In this document: one piece after another, positions 11,877 through 26,622 of the stretch
How positions within the stretch are numbered: the stretch's first letter is position 1
Layout: the number at the start of each line of letters is the position of its first letter
From: Eledone cirrhosa
Taxonomy: Eukaryota
Assembly (NCBI GenBank): GCA_964016885.1
Contig: OZ024744.1
Coordinates: forward strand, 73,966,001-74,030,000
Direction: 5' to 3'
Length of the DNA stretch: 64,000 bases
Translations under genes and position numbers: made by a program
The notes under the pieces: model-generated
The model's input: the letters and a program-made list of their open reading frames with translations, nothing else
Databases searched by the model: none
What the model was told of the DNA's origin: nothing

Positions 11877-12065
11877 TAATTGTTTCTACTTTTGGCACAA
11901 GGCCAGCAATTACCCAGTGTATTACTGGTACTTTATTTTATCGACTCCATAAGGATGAAAGGCAAAGTTAACCTCGGCAGGATTTGAACTCAGAATGGCA
12001 AGGGCCGTAACTCTATGCGTCAAAGCATGTCGTTCGACCCCCTACCGATACTGCCAATCTACCGC
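11877..12065 (-). mobile_element. Abundant ~185-bp SINE (gcctttcatcc...gtcgataaaataaagtaccag core, Meta-domain-like)
   Basis: B-box-like gagttcaaatcc. Further copies or fragments at ~4695-4760, 12550-12765, 30450-30545, 50185-50330, 50781-50960, 51020-51200, 55479-55775, 55985-56168 and 62240-62350. Confidence 0.7.
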
Positions 12066-13473
12066 CCTCATATATATAATGCAGCTCTATGTGTGACGGA
12101 ATGTCATTTTTGGCAAGTTTACATTGAAATATTTACTCTTTATTAATTAGACGTAAATCTGCCTGCGATTTTGAATTGTCACGTTAGGAGATCTACATTA
12201 ATTCTACATTTATGTAGTTGTATTCTCAGAATGAATGGATGTTCCAATAAAATATACTGACTAAAAGATCAAAATTGTTCAATGCCACCCCAAAATATCA
12301 AGATCACGGCTGTCATCGGAGCTTTGTGCTGTATACCTCTAAATCTGAAAGGGTATCTAAAACAAATAGAAGTCGTATAACAAATTACTCGACTAGAAAA
12401 CAGTCTGTTGGGCTATGACCATATATCCAGGAGTATACTCTTTGTGTTAGGTCCTTGTTGATACTTTGAAGACAGTAGATCCAGTCATTATCATGTTCTC
12501 TGTAAAAACCATATAATAATGATTAAAATGAGAAATTGATAGTAATTGGATTGGCATTATTGGTGGAGCGTCAGGCAATATGCTTTATGGCATAGAGTGA
12601 CGATCCTTTACATTTACGATCTAAGTTCAAATCCTGCCGAAGTAATGTTTATCTTTCATCCTTACGGGGTTGATAAAATAAAGTACCATTAATGCACTGG
12701 GTAGATTTAATATTCTTTCCCCTACCCACAAATTGGTGACCTGGTGCCTAAATCAGAAACCAATGTTCTTCGTTTTAACTATAGAAGTAATACTCTCCTT
12801 TAATTAAAACAATACACGGAAAGAATTACAGAAATGAGACAAGAACGTAATCGAAGCTGAAACTGAAATATTGTGGGTCACGTTGAATATCCCTGAGAAA
12901 TACGTTAAGGGTACACATGTTTGTGGAATGCTCAGGCACATGCATGTAATTTCACGAGGAGGTTGTTCTGTTGACCGAATAAACTGGAACACTGGTCGTT
13001 GTAACCGACGGAGTGCCACATTATATATCAAGAGCAGGCCAACATATAAAATCCTATCCCTTTTCAGTCTCATGACTGGTGTACGGAAAGAAGAAAAGAA
13101 AAAAAGAAAAACCTGCAGTGAAATAATTATCCTTCGCCTACCAATCAAACACGAATATCAAATTATTCTTGTCGATCGAGAAATAATGTTTATCTTGGAA
13201 ATATATATTAGTCCGTATATTTCGCATGGACCATCCACTATCACGAGCTCCGTAGGAAACTTTGCAGAATGTCGGAAAGGAGCTATCTCTGCTTCTGTAG
13301 TGTGAAGTACGTATATAATAGAGGGATGGACACGCTCAACACATGCACTATATATATATATACACTAAATATTTACAAACATCTCACTACCAAACCAACT
13401 TTTTTAAATGGAAGTTGTTCAAAATTCTATGGTACGTCAAATTTATTTATAAAACTGCTTATATATATGTATT

Positions 13474-13528
13474 TTATCTGAAGAAGGCATGCCATATTTT
13501 TAATATGGCATCCCTGAAATATGTATAA
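13474..13528 (+). ncRNA. Candidate hammerhead (family F)
   Basis: uua-u CUGAAGA agg-c-augccauauu/aauauggcau-c-ccu GAAAUAUGUA uaa. The paralog at 58243-58293 (-) has a different but paired stem II. Confidence 0.5.
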
Positions 13529-13721
13529 TGAAATAAATATGGTTTTATAAATATAGTTTCCATTTGTTTAATATCGTATATATATATATATATATATATA
13601 AAAGTGGAGGCTTAGTAAAATCGAAACTTTGGCTGTGGGCAAGCAAAGTCGACCTACAATAGGAATGAGTTGTCTATGTATATATAATATATATATGTAT
13701 GTATATATGCACACACACACA

Positions 13722-13858
<137 letters not shown>

Positions 13859-13871
13859 TTAATATAGATGA

Positions 13872-13920
13872 GATTCTACAGGACTAGAACTGTTTCATTC
13901 ATTAGAAATCATCAGGAATC
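13872..13920 (-). ncRNA. Type I hammerhead (family E)
   Basis: gauuc CUGAUGA uuucuaaugaau GAA ACAG uucuaguc CUGU A gaauc. Confidence 0.75.
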
Positions 13921-13933
13921 AACCCGGAATAAC

Positions 13934-13999
<66 letters not shown>

Positions 14000-14102
14000 T
14001 ATGTATATGTATGTATGTATGCAAGCATGTATATATGTATGCATATATGTGTGTATGTATGCATGCATGTATGCATGTATGCATGTATGTATGTATTTCT
14101 GT

Positions 14103-14139
<37 letters not shown>

Positions 14140-14176
14140 TGTATGTATCTATGTATGTATGTATGTATGTATGTAT

Positions 14177-14787
14177 GTCAGGTCACCATTTGGTGCTACT
14201 GGTAACATGTATCCCAGTACAACCTGTCTCATGGTCGGGTCGTTGGCGACTAAACTGGCAACCCCACCAAGGTTTCTTGGTGAGGAGGGTGACTTTCGAC
14301 ATCCTGCAGGACTAAAAGCAAAACCTGTCAAAGGGCAAAGGAGCTCTTAAGAGTCAATGGTAATCCAAAATCACCGGGAGAGATGACCCCTTAGCCTTTG
14401 TCAAGGCAGAATTCTAGGAGAAGGAAAACTCTGATATAACACCTGCAACCCTGATGGTATCCAATGATGTTGACTTGTTCTTCTTTTTGGTAAATATCAT
14501 CTTGGTTAAGAGAGTGGGACTGGCTTTGTGCAGTACCTTTGCTCACTATAAAAGCTTCACGGCACAGGCATTGCTTTATATCTGGAGATCTCTCTGCACT
14601 TGTCGTCACATGGGACCATGGGCCCAGCACTATGTGTCAATAATTGTCACAAGTGTAGTGTTTGTACCAGAGTGTTCAAGTCCCTGGCTGGACTAAAAAG
14701 TCACACTTGTTCAGCCCATCGGTAGGGGTTCTCCTACATGGATATAAAGTAGTGGCCGTACTCGAAAACGAGTTGGCAGCCACTATG
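14177..14787 (+). mobile_element. RTE-derived non-autonomous element, family 1
   Basis: Copy of 1693-2303. Confidence 0.75.
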
Positions 14788-15179
14788 TATGTATGTATGT
14801 ATGTATGTATGTGCGTGTGTATGTATGTATATATGTATGTATATATGTGTGTATGCATGCATCTGTGTATAAATATATACAAAAGAAATGTGCGATTAAT
14901 CAACTTCAAGTTAAAAAGGAAGTCAATTAATGAAAGTAAAAGATGGCAGCAACAGTTAAAATGACAAACAGGATTTCATATACTAAAGACATAAAACATA
15001 TATTTCTTTATTGACTAAACCTGTCAAACAACTAACTAACTATTCTAGCAGTATATAAGACACCCATCTAATCAATTAGATAATTTGCTAGCTAACTAGC
15101 AAACTAAATAACGCCATTAGCCAACCCTCGCCAACCAATTTCATTAAGCAATCGTCCAATGACACAAACAAACTCGAAG

Positions 15180-15540
15180 ACACAATGAAGCAATCTAGAT
15201 CTGCTAAAAATAGTAGTCGAAATCTAATAAAAATTATACTATGAACGAATGAAGCAATCTACACCTGGTTGTTCTACATGCTAAAAACAGCAGTCGAAAT
15301 CTACAAGAAATTATACTATGAACGAATGAAGCTATCTAGACCTGGTTGTTCTACATGCTAAAAACAGCAGTCGAAATCTACAAGAAATTATACTATGAAC
15401 GAATGTAGCAATCTACACCTGGTTGTTCTACATGCTAAAAACAGCAGTCGAAATCTACAAGAAATTATACTATGAACGAATGAAGCAATCTACACCTGGT
15501 CACTCTACGTGCTAAAAATAGCAGTCGAAATCTATTTGAA
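15180..15540. repeat. 77-bp minisatellite (~4.5 units)
   Basis: ttatactatgaacgaatg recurs at ~15234, 15311, 15388 and 15465. Confidence 0.85.
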
Positions 15541-15579
15541 ATTTTATTAAAAAAACAAATACGATACATTCCATTAAGC

Positions 15580-15917
15580 GAGAGGTTCTCAAAGTGGGCG
15601 CTACCGTCCCGCCGCCGGAGGCGTTGAACAGGTCCTGGGGGCGCTAGGGCCTAAGGGGGTGGTAGAGATAATATAATAGTATATTAAATATCAAATGATA
15701 CATATTATATATATATATAGTAAAATAAAAATATATAATATTTATTTATACATAGTATATATTATATTATTTATTATGTATATATTAACGATTTTATTTA
15801 TTATATATTATTTACAATTTACATGTAGGCAGGTCTCTCTGGAGATAGGGTTGGGGGCGCTGAGGGTATTACGTGGCCATGAGGCGGGCAGTGGCCCCAA
15901 ACATTTGAGAACCTCTG
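15580..15917. mobile_element. hAT-superfamily MITE
   Basis: TIRs gagaggttctcaaagtg / catttgagaacctctg with a perfect 8-bp TSD cattaagc (15572-15579 and 15918-15925). Confidence 0.85.
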
Positions 15918-16959
15918 CATTAAGCAATCGTCCAACAACACAAACCAACTCAACAAACCAATGTAGCAATCTAGACCTCGTCGTTCTACATGCTAAAAAT
16001 GGCAGTCAAGATCTACTAGAAATTATATAAAAACAAACAAACCATATTGGATAGATTTCATAATGAAGTCCTAGATACACTATGCCTGAATGCCTGGTTG
16101 GTTATGTATCAATCCATTTTGATCATAAATCATTTTATTGACACATTAAAAAAAAAACAGTTACAGCAACCCACTCAGTTAACAAAAACAGTAACACAAT
16201 TAACAACAAGATTAGTCGCAACAACAAAAAACAACCATTCACTCCACCAGTCAAAAAGATGCGCAATCCACACCAATCAACCCTAATGACCAAACAACTA
16301 GCCAATCATGCAACCGACTAAGAGACAATGAGGACATGCGCTAGAAATAGCAGTCAAATTTCTAGAAAAAAAAAAAAAAAATTTACTGAATCCTTATGGA
16401 TGAAATGTTAGATCTGACATGGACAACATTTTCCGAGCAGTGGACTGCATAGGATGTGGCTTATGAGAAGTGGTTTTATGTTGTTGCATTACTAAAGAAA
16501 TTCAAAGCAATTTTGAAATTAGACTTGCCGTTCAGAAAGCCAAACGGGTCACATGCGGCTCGGGTGCCGTAGTTTACCCATGACTGTACTAGATAAAAGA
16601 TAGTACATCTGACTCACATAATTGAATAGAGTAACGTACAGTTTAATACAAGTAGGAGAAAAACCCACCTATGTCATAGCCTCTATCGGAATCGACAGAA
16701 AAAGCTACTGTCAGAGTGTCCTCTTTGACCACCTACATTTTCAGAGACCACATGAAATTGGTGGGACAGTGATGAGTAAAAGATGTCCAGAATGTAGCAC
16801 TAGAGCACATACAAGCGATATATCTTTCACGCATAAAAGCTGGGATAAAATCTGCTGTCATATATGTTTATTTTTTATTTTGTGCTATTATGTAGCTAAT
16901 CAAATCTTCTCAACAATATCAACATCAGTCTCAAAGCAGCCAACCATCTAAAGCAAATA

Positions 16960-17520
16960 ACCAACCAAAGATCCAACGGACCAACAAACCAACCAACCAA
17001 CTAACCAACCACCTCAATAGCCAACCAACTAACCAGCTAAACAACTAACCAGCCAACCATCAAATCAGCAAAATACCTTAGAGGCAACTAACAAATCAAC
17101 CAGCAAGCGAACCGATAAACCAGCTCACAACAAATCGGCCTGTTACTCAACCATCAAACCAACAAATTACACTCACCAAACACAAGCCAAACCACCTCAT
17201 CTTTTTCTTCATCCAGTTAGCCAGCCAGTTAGCCAGTCAGTCAGAGAACCAGTCTGTCAGAAAACTAGGCATTCAGCCAGCCGCTAACCTACACTAACCC
17301 ACATGTCAAGGCAGATCATCCTTCCTTAAACCACACATCCATCCAGACAGCCATTTATCAAGCCAACCATCTATCGATCAAGCCAACTGGCCAGCCACCG
17401 GCCAATCAACCAACCAGCTAGCCAGCCAACCGCCAATTAAGGTAGTCACTCGTAAGAACAGCCAATAAGCTACCAACCAACTAACCTGGTCGTAACCTGA
17501 TCCACTAACCGGCCAGTTAG
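16960..17520. repeat. Degenerate (CCAA)/(CCAG)n low-complexity tract
   Basis: Direct inspection. Confidence 0.7.
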
Positions 17521-17809
17521 ACAAAGCAAACATGTCAATTAGAGAGCTACTGCCTGGTTATCCGATTTGATAAAATTCGCAGCCAAATCTCCTTCAAATT
17601 ACGTCTAACCCATACCATCTTAAACGAGAATGAAAGACACATTGGATAACGTTGGTCTAGACCAGTCATGGACAACTGCAACCAACAAGCCGCACGCGCC
17701 TTATTTGGCCTTCTGGACAGCACGGCAAATTCCAAGTTTACTATTTCATAGATGCTGATAGTAGGATAGACTCATTCTCTCTTATATACACATATCTACA
17801 CCAGGTCCC

Positions 17810-18200
17810 AACACAAAAGAACTAAACTCCCACTATCACTGCCTCCGTCTCTTCTGCTCTCACCATCTCTCACTATTGTGAGCAAATGGGGCCCCACGCG
17901 TTGACCGTCCACGCCCCCGGTGGACTGGCCACCACACGGCCCCGGCAGAGAGAATAGAGAAGACGTTTTCCTGGAGGATGGTGATGGAGACGCGCTAGAA
18001 GAGGCGTTCCTGTGCGCGAGGTTTACATCTGCGTGTAGCCAACTCTGTGCCCAAGGTGGTGAGCAGGGAGTCGGCTGGCTCTAGGGCTAAGGACACCAGA
18101 AGTCTCCATTGCCACTAGCTCGACCGCAAACCTATCGGCGAGCGACCAAAGTTGTCTTGAAATGTTTAGTAGTGCGGCCCGCCTTATGATGAACCGCAAA
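17810..18200 (-). mobile_element. 3' end of CRE-like RLE retrotransposon (diverged)
   Basis: LADRFAVELVAMETSGVLSPRA in ORF 18023-18244. Similar to 4290-4610. Confidence 0.6.
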
Positions 18201-18862
18201 CTATGCGGCTCACGGCTTGAAAAAGGTTGTTCATGCCTGGTCAAGAAATACTAAAAAAAGATAAGACGGCAGGGCATGGCTGGAATATCTTTTGATGATA
18301 TGCTTTACTCAACCAAGGATGACAAATGGTTAAACTACAAGAGCAGAAACCAGTGCCAGGTAATGAAATAGTCAGATTGTCAAACAGGCAAACAGATGTG
18401 CAGTCTGACATAAACATACATACATACAAATGCATGCATGCAGACATATCGGCGATCACTGTAGAAACTTTAGTCCTACTGAGGGAGTCTCTTGAGAAGT
18501 TCGAAGACTCATGGATAATACCAGGATTGGACATATCCACAAAGTAAGAGCGAAACTATCGGTAGTCGGGACTAGAAGAATTTTGGTAAAGATTATATAC
18601 ATTTTTTTTTCAAACTTGCATTTTAGACTTAGCTCCGTTTAATTGATTATTTACCTAGTTAATTTCTACGGGCTAAGAGGAAAGAAAGACTTGGTAACTT
18701 TTATCTGACTGTTCCTCACAAGGGATAGTCTGTATCATTTATCTGTTATTTCTTCGAAGTTACATTTTAAACTTAGATCCGTTTAAATGATTATTTATCT
18801 AGTTAATTTCTACGGACTCAGAAGAAAAATTGGATATATTTTGTCTGATTGTTTTTCAAAAT

Positions 18863-18951
<89 letters not shown>

Positions 18952-19019
18952 AGACAGTCAGACGAACATACATATATAATGCACACAGACAGACTGGGAT
19001 ACATGCATACATACATAAA

Positions 19020-19460
19020 AACTGCTACCCAATTAAAACACAACCGGCCTGATATTGTTGTTTGGACCACATATTAAAAACTTGTTTTGTTGTGGAGATC
19101 AGCTGCCCACTTGATGTCAACGTTGTAAGAAAAATACAGGAGAAGGAAGACATCTACGGACCATTGATGAAGAGTTTGCAGAACCAGTATCCAAGATACA
19201 CCTTCAACTTCATACACATCATTATTGGAGCTATAGGTTATATACCAACCCTCTTGGACCAAAGTATGACTGAACCTGGATTTGTGGACAAAGAGCGCAG
19301 CTCCCTAATTCATAGTCTACAAATGGCTGCGATATCTGGCACCTTCAAAATTTGCAAAACATTATTGCGATTTAAGAGATGACAATTTCTTTTCTTTTAC
19401 AACCTTGCCACCAGGAAGGTGGCCGGTCAAAAATGTACTGGAAATTAAGAGAAAGAGAAA
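19020..19460 (+). mobile_element. 3' fragment of R4/Dong-like RLE retrotransposon
   Basis: KHNRPDIVVWD...CFVVEISCPLDVNV..KIQEKEDIY...IIIGAIG has the PD..(D/E) restriction-like endonuclease signature. It lies within TACA repeats. Confidence 0.7.
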
Positions 19461-19552
19461 CATACATACATGCATGCATACATACATACATACATACATA
19501 CATACATACATACATACATACATACATACATACATACATACATACATACATA

Positions 19553-20163
19553 CATGGTGGCTGCCAACTCGTTTTCGAGTACGGCCACTACTTTATATCC
19601 ATGTAGGAGAACCCCTACCAATGCGCTGAACGAGTGTGACTTTTTAGTCCAGCCAGCGACTTGAAAACTCTGGTACAAACACTACACCTGTGACAATTAT
19701 TGACACATAGTGCTGGGCCCATGGTACCATGTGACGACAAGTGCAGAGAGATCTCCAGATATAAAGCAATTCCTGTGCCGTGAAGCTTTTATAGTGAGCA
19801 AAGGCACTGCACAAAGCCAGTCCCACTCTCTTAACCAAGATAATATTTACCAAAAAGAAGAACAAGTCAACATCATTGGATACCATCAGGGTTGCAGGTG
19901 TTATATCAGAGTTTTCCTTCTCCTAGAATTCTGCCTTGACAAAGGCTAAGGGGTCATCTCTCCCAGTGATTTTGGATGGCCATTGACTCTAAAGAGCTCC
20001 TTTGCCCTTTGACAGGTTTTGTTTTTAGTCCTGCAGGATGTCGAAAGTCACCCTCCTCACCAAGAAACCTTGGTGGGTTTGCCAGTTTAGTCGCCAACGA
20101 CCCGACCATGGAACAGGTTGTACTGGGATACATGTTACCAGTAGCACCAACTGGTGACCTGAC
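19553..20163 (-). mobile_element. RTE-derived non-autonomous element, family 1
   Basis: Copy of 1693-2303. Confidence 0.75.
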
Positions 20164-20378
20164 ATAACAACATACATACATACATACATTCATACATACA
20201 TACACACAAACATACATACATACATGCGGGTATACATATAGACTTTCAAACACATATATATACATAAACATACATACAGAAAGACTGTCAGACGAACATA
20301 CATATATACATACATAGTCATACATATATAAATACACATATAATCACAGACAGACAGGGATACATACATACATACATA

Positions 20379-20989
20379 CATGGTGGCTGCCAACTCGTTT
20401 TCGAGTACGGCCACTACTTTATATCCATGTAGGAGAACCCCTACCGATGCGCTGAACGAGTATGACATTTTAGTCCAGCCAGCGACTTGAAAACTCTGGT
20501 ACAAACACTACACTTGTGACAATTATTGACACATAGTGCTGGACCCATGGTACCATGTGACGACAAGTGCAGAGAGATCTCCAGATATAAAGAAATGCCT
20601 GTGTCGTGAAGCTTTTATAGTGAGCAAAGGCACTGCACAAAGCCAGTCCCTCTCTCTTATCCAAGATGATATTTACCAAAAAGAAGAACAAGTCAACATC
20701 ATTGGATACCATCAGAGTTGCAGGTGTTATATCAGAGTTTTCCTTCTCCTAGAATTCTGCCTTTACAAAGACTAAGGGGTCATCTCTCCCGGTGATTTTG
20801 GATTGCCATTGACTTTTAAGAGCTCCTTTGCCCTTTGACAGGTTTTGTTTTTAGTCCTGCAGGATGTTCAAAGTCACCCTCCTCACCAAGAAACCTTGGT
20901 GGGGTTGCCAGTTTAGTCGCCAACGACCCGACCATGAGACAGGTTGTACTGGGATACATATTACCAGTAACACCAACTGGTGACCTGAC
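20379..20989 (-). mobile_element. RTE-derived non-autonomous element, family 1
   Basis: Copy of 1693-2303. Confidence 0.75.
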
Positions 20990-21035
20990 ATACATACATA
21001 CATACATACATACATACATACATACATACATGCAT

Positions 21036-21066
<31 letters not shown>

Positions 21067-21614
21067 TACATACATACATACATACGTAGATACATACATA
21101 CATACACACACACATACATACATACATACATACATACATACATACATACATACATACATACATACATACATACATACATACATACATGATGGCTGCCCCC
21201 TCGATATCGAGTATGGCCATTGCACGATATAACATTATTAATAATTATCAATTAATTCTATCGTGCAATGCGTGTGCGTGAAGAGTATTTTTAAGGAAAG
21301 ACAGTGCACTGAGGAAAGACTGTGCACAGTGCCAATCCCACTCTCTGAGTGAATGTAGCTATAACCTGAAAAGAAGAAAAGATCAACATCATCGGTAACT
21401 ACGGAGCCGCAGGCTTTATGTCGGAGTTAACCCAGTTTCCTGAGTTACATTCTCCTAGAAGAATGTCCTGACAAAGGCTAGGGTCCTTCACTCCCAGTGG
21501 TTTAACTGCGCGATCGGGTATCTAGCGAGATTATTTCCCCACGCATATACATATACATGCATACATGTATACACTATACACAGACACAGACAGACACAGA
21601 CGCAGACAGACACA

Positions 21615-21774
<160 letters not shown>

Positions 21775-21922
21775 TACATATTTACACATTTTTGGATGAC
21801 CGTTGACTCTTATGAATTATTCTGCACATACATATATACATACATACATACAGACAGACAGACAGACAGGCACTCATATGGGCTGGAAAACATACATACA
21901 TTCATACATACATACAGACAGA

Positions 21923-24458
21923 CATGATGGCTGCAAACTCTGCCAAGTGTATTGCAATCCCTTGTCAGATTCAGATGTGTGACGCTTGGATATGGCTTTT
22001 CAAGCCTGCTAGAGACTTGCACTCCTTCACTTACTGACGACAACTATGGATCTCCCTGGCTTGAGGTCCTGCATCAGTTTGGCCGTGGACCCTCACAACA
22101 CTGTGGAGATCATAGTTCACTGGTTCTCGTTGAACATGGCTGCGATTGTGGATCCTGAGACCAGATTCGCTCAAGCAAATTTTTCCACACTCAGGGCACT
22201 TCAATTCAATAGAGTTACCGATCGTTTCAAGAGATACACCACGGCATTGCTTACGTACATCCCGTTTGATCTTCTCGTGCTCTATGCGTCTGTCCTCAAA
22301 ATCATGCACCCCATCATTTACCATTCCACTCCAAGTCTCTCTTTCAAGATCTATCTCCCAGTCAGCCATCATCAAACCAGTTTTTTCAATGAGTCCTTTA
22401 CACAATCCTTGAATCGGCGCTTTGGCTTGTGAGGTGGTCTCTTACCCTCACAAAGTTCGCCATACAAGAGTTGTTTTGGGATTCCATCATCATCCATTCT
22501 GCAGAGTTGTCTGGTTCATCGCAAACGCCGTTGGTGGATGATACTCTCAATGCTCCGACACTCACTTCTCTCAAGCACTTCAACTTCACTCATATGCATC
22601 TGCCACTTGATACCGAGCATCTTTCTGAGACACTGCTGGTGAAACCGTTCCAGTCTGTGGATATGCCGTTTGTAGGCCACCCATGTCTCACATACATACA
22701 GCAAAGCTGACAGTACACATGCATCATACACTCTCACCTTGGTCCTCATTGTGATTGCTCGCCTGCACCAAAGACGGTCGTTGAGCCTTCCAAATGACCC
22801 ACTTGCCTTACTAACACGTAGACCAACTTTTGCATCCAGAGAACAGATCACACTCAGAGTACTCCCCAAATACACAAATGTGTCAGCAACCTTCAGCTTT
22901 TGACCGTATCCGAGTATGGAGGGTTCATTGAAAACTTTATCCGGAGTAGGTTGGTACATGACGACAGTCTTCTTCAGACTGATTGTCAGTCCCAAAGCAC
23001 TGCACGCATTGGAAAAAGAATCCATAAGGTGTTGCATGTCACTCTGGGAGTGTGCAAAGATATCTCAATCATCTGCATATAAAATTCTCTGATCAAGGTA
23101 CTCAGTACCTTAGTGTTGGCAGTGAGACACCTAAGGTTAAACAACTTGCCGGAAGTGCGATATCTGAGAAAGATACAGTGTTGACAATCTCTGAAGGCCA
23201 TGAAGAACACCATTGCGAAATACAAGGCAAACACAGTTGGTGCAGGTATGTCGCCCTGCTTGACACCATTTTCAACCGAGATTGGCTCAGACAGTTTACC
23301 TCCAACATTCACCCATGCCTGTATGTCATCGTGGAAGAGTTTCAGAATGTTCACAAACTTATCAGGACAGCCCAATTTCTCCACAATAACCCACAAAGCC
23401 TTCCGATTAACGGTGTCAAATGCATTGGTCAGATCGACAAAACCTGGTATACGTCTATGCGCTGCTCAATGCATTTCTCTTGAATTTGTCTGGCCGAGAA
23501 GATCATGTCAACAGTGCCTCTGCCATTCCTAAAGCCATATTGGGACTCAGGAAGTACCTCAACAGCAATGTGCTGTATCAATCTGTCCAACAAAATCCCG
23601 CACAAGATCTTCCCAGCCATAGATAGCAACGAGATACCTCTGTAGTTGCCACATTCATCTTTGGCTCCCTTTCCTTTGTAAAGTACCACCATCAATGCAT
23701 CTTTCCAGTCCTGGGGCACATCTTCATTCCAACCATTCACAAAGAGATCAGTGAGGCAGTTTACTGAGTTATCATCAGCACACTTGAAAATCTCGGCACT
23801 CAGTCCATCCATTCCAGGTGACTTGCCGCTGTTTAATTTGGCAATGGCCTTTGCCACCTCATCAAATGAAGAAGGGTCAGCCATTGCCAGCTTTGTAGGT
23901 CTGGATGGAATCGACCGGATGAACTCATCATCAATTTCTGATGGTTTGTTGAGAAGCTCATCAAAGGGGTCATGCCACCTGATCAGGATTTCTTTCGGAA
24001 CTCTGAGCAATTCCTTGCCGTCCCTGGAGCGAAGTGGTGATATTTGTGAATCGGTTGGACCATACACCTCCCTGAGAAGACTGTATAGGAGCTTTGTATC
24101 AAGTCTATCTGAGGCTTTCTGGATTTCATCAGCCTTTTGGCTCCAGCAGGTATCCTGCATTAGCCCTCAATCGATGTTGCACACGTGCCTTCATCTGCCT
24201 GAAGGTCCGGTCACTCCTGTCAGAACGTGTCTCACACAACAATGATGTCAGCACTTTGTGTTTCTCTTCAAGCAAGGTCTGGATCAGTGCATCATTTTCA
24301 TTGAACCAGTCGTTATGCTTTCTATTGGTATGACCCAAAACTCCAGCACTAACATCATAGACGGTTTTCTTCAATGATTCCCACGTGTTTTCACATTCCA
24401 TGGACTCAAGGGACTTCGACAGCTCAGCTCTAACTTTCTCTGTTTTCAGACGAGCCGC
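21923..24458 (-). pseudogene. 5'-truncated, frameshifted RTE (BovB-like) LINE: RT plus C-terminal C2H2 finger
   Basis: Fragments KSPGMDG, NYRGISLLSMAGKIL, LPESQYGFRNGRGTVDMIFSARQIQEKC, GVKQGDIPAPTVF, frameshifted YADD, LYVCETW and CPECGKIC...RIHNRSH. Confidence 0.9.
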
Positions 24459-25104
24459 GTACATACAGACATAAATACATACATACAGACATACATACAA
24501 ACAGATAGTCAGACAGACAGACAGATGGGCCTGCCTGCATGCCTACCAAGAAAAGGCAAAGCACGCAGTCAGAAATGCAGGCATCAGGCAAACAGTCAAA
24601 CAGTCAAACAGCCAAACAGTCAAACAGTCAAACAGACAAATTGTCAAGCAGACAAGTAGGCAAGCAGCAAGCCCGCAAACTGTTCATATTTCCCCTCCCC
24701 CCACCTCCTTGTCTATATACCGTCTCCCGCCCGTCACACTGATGCGATCCCTTTACTAACCACAGAAACAGTCAGCTTCAATCATATTTTTCTTGCTCGC
24801 GTTCGCTAATCTTCTTATCGTTGAATCAGCGGATGATGAGCAGCAAACGAACAAAAGATGTGACTCTTTCATTATCTTCTAGAACCTTATTAGATATTGA
24901 TTTTTTCGACTATCAATTAATTTTATGGGACAATATGTTATTAGGGCTCTCTTTCTTTCCTCCTCCCCTTCCTTTCTTGCTAGCTAGCTTTCATTCGTTC
25001 TTCATTACTTTATTTTATTTTATTTTATTTATTTATTTCTGCCCCCCCCCCCCCCCCCGCCTTCTTCGCCTGTTCCTTACGCCCTAACTTCTGTGTCATT
25101 CTTT

Positions 25105-25230
25105 CATTGTTTGTTTGTTTGTTTGTTGGTTTGATAGTTTGTTTGTTTGTCTGTTCACTTGATTCTTTCCTTGTTTCTTCTTACCCTCTTTCTTTCTCTC
25201 TTTCTCTCTTTCTTTCTTTCGTTCTTTTTT

Positions 25231-25294
<64 letters not shown>

Positions 25295-25703
25295 TCGTAC
25301 TCTCTTTCTTTCCTTCTTTCTTTCTTTATTCTTTCTTTCGTCCTTTCATTGTTTCTTTCCTTCTTTCTTACCCTCGTTCTTTTTTCTTGTTTTCTTTCTT
25401 TCTCTCTTTCTTTCTTTCTTTCTTTCTATATTTCTTACTTTCTTTCTTTTTTACCCTCTTCCTTTCGTTTCCAGAAACATTCTTCTCTCTCCCTTTCCTT
25501 AGTAATTGTACAGAATATGTTCCTTGCTCTTCTATTTCTCTCCTTCACGCTCTCTTGCAATCGTTCTCCCTCCCCGTCTCTCACTCTATCACTGTCTCTG
25601 TCTCTCTCTCTCACTCTCTCTTTCTCTTTCACACTCCATCCCTGTCTCTATCTCACTATCACTCCACTTCTCTCCCTCTCTCTTTCTCTCACTCCATGTT
25701 TCT

Positions 25704-25734
<31 letters not shown>

Positions 25735-26444
25735 CTTATTACTTTTCTCTGTCTGTTTTCATTTGGCAGCTATTGTAAGTTGTAGCCAGAGTATTTTCGG
25801 ACCCCGGAGGTTTTGGGCCGTTTTATAAAGAAAACTTGGTTAAAATCGCTCCCTTTATATGGCATCAGAAGACATTTAAGTTAACGCAAATTAGCTGCTA
25901 TTTGAAGAAACATCGCCTTACAAATTTTACACTTGCTTTACATACTTTCTTTCTTTCTATCTTTCGTTCTTTTTTCTTTCTTTTTTTTGTCTTCTTTTTT
26001 ATTTCTTCTTCTTCTTCTTCTTCTTCTTCTTCTTCTTCTTCTTCTTCTTCTTCTTCTTCTTCTTCTTCTTCTTCTTCTTCTTCTTCTTCTTCTTCTTCTT
26101 CTTCTTCTTCTTCTTCTTCTTCTTCTTCTTCTTCTTCTTCTTCTCATACTCCCACCACTCTCTATCCATTTTTATTGTATATTTTTCTTTCTTTCTTTCA
26201 TTATTTATTTATTTATTTATTTACTGTTCTTTTTTGTTTTTGTTTTTGGCGGTTTTTAGTTTTGATTTTTGTTTTGATTTTGATTTTGCCGTTAGAAAAA
26301 AACGAATTATTTACTGTTTATTTATATATAAACTGCGAGACAAGCAACAAAAGGAATAACAAAATAAAATATATAGTGACGATAACATCAGCCTAGAATC
26401 CAAATTAAATCAAACAGCAAAAAGCAAGCAACATGGTTGTATGG

Positions 26445-26485
<41 letters not shown>

Positions 26486-26493
26486 GGGTACTG

Positions 26494-26528
<35 letters not shown>

Positions 26529-26582
26529 ACTACTACTACTACTATTACTACTACTATTACTACTACCACCACCACCACCACC

Positions 26583-26622
<40 letters not shown>

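Noticed and set aside
12250-12470. R4-like RLE 3' fragment
   Set aside because: Only a faint VIGAL..IP-like motif, too decayed to support.
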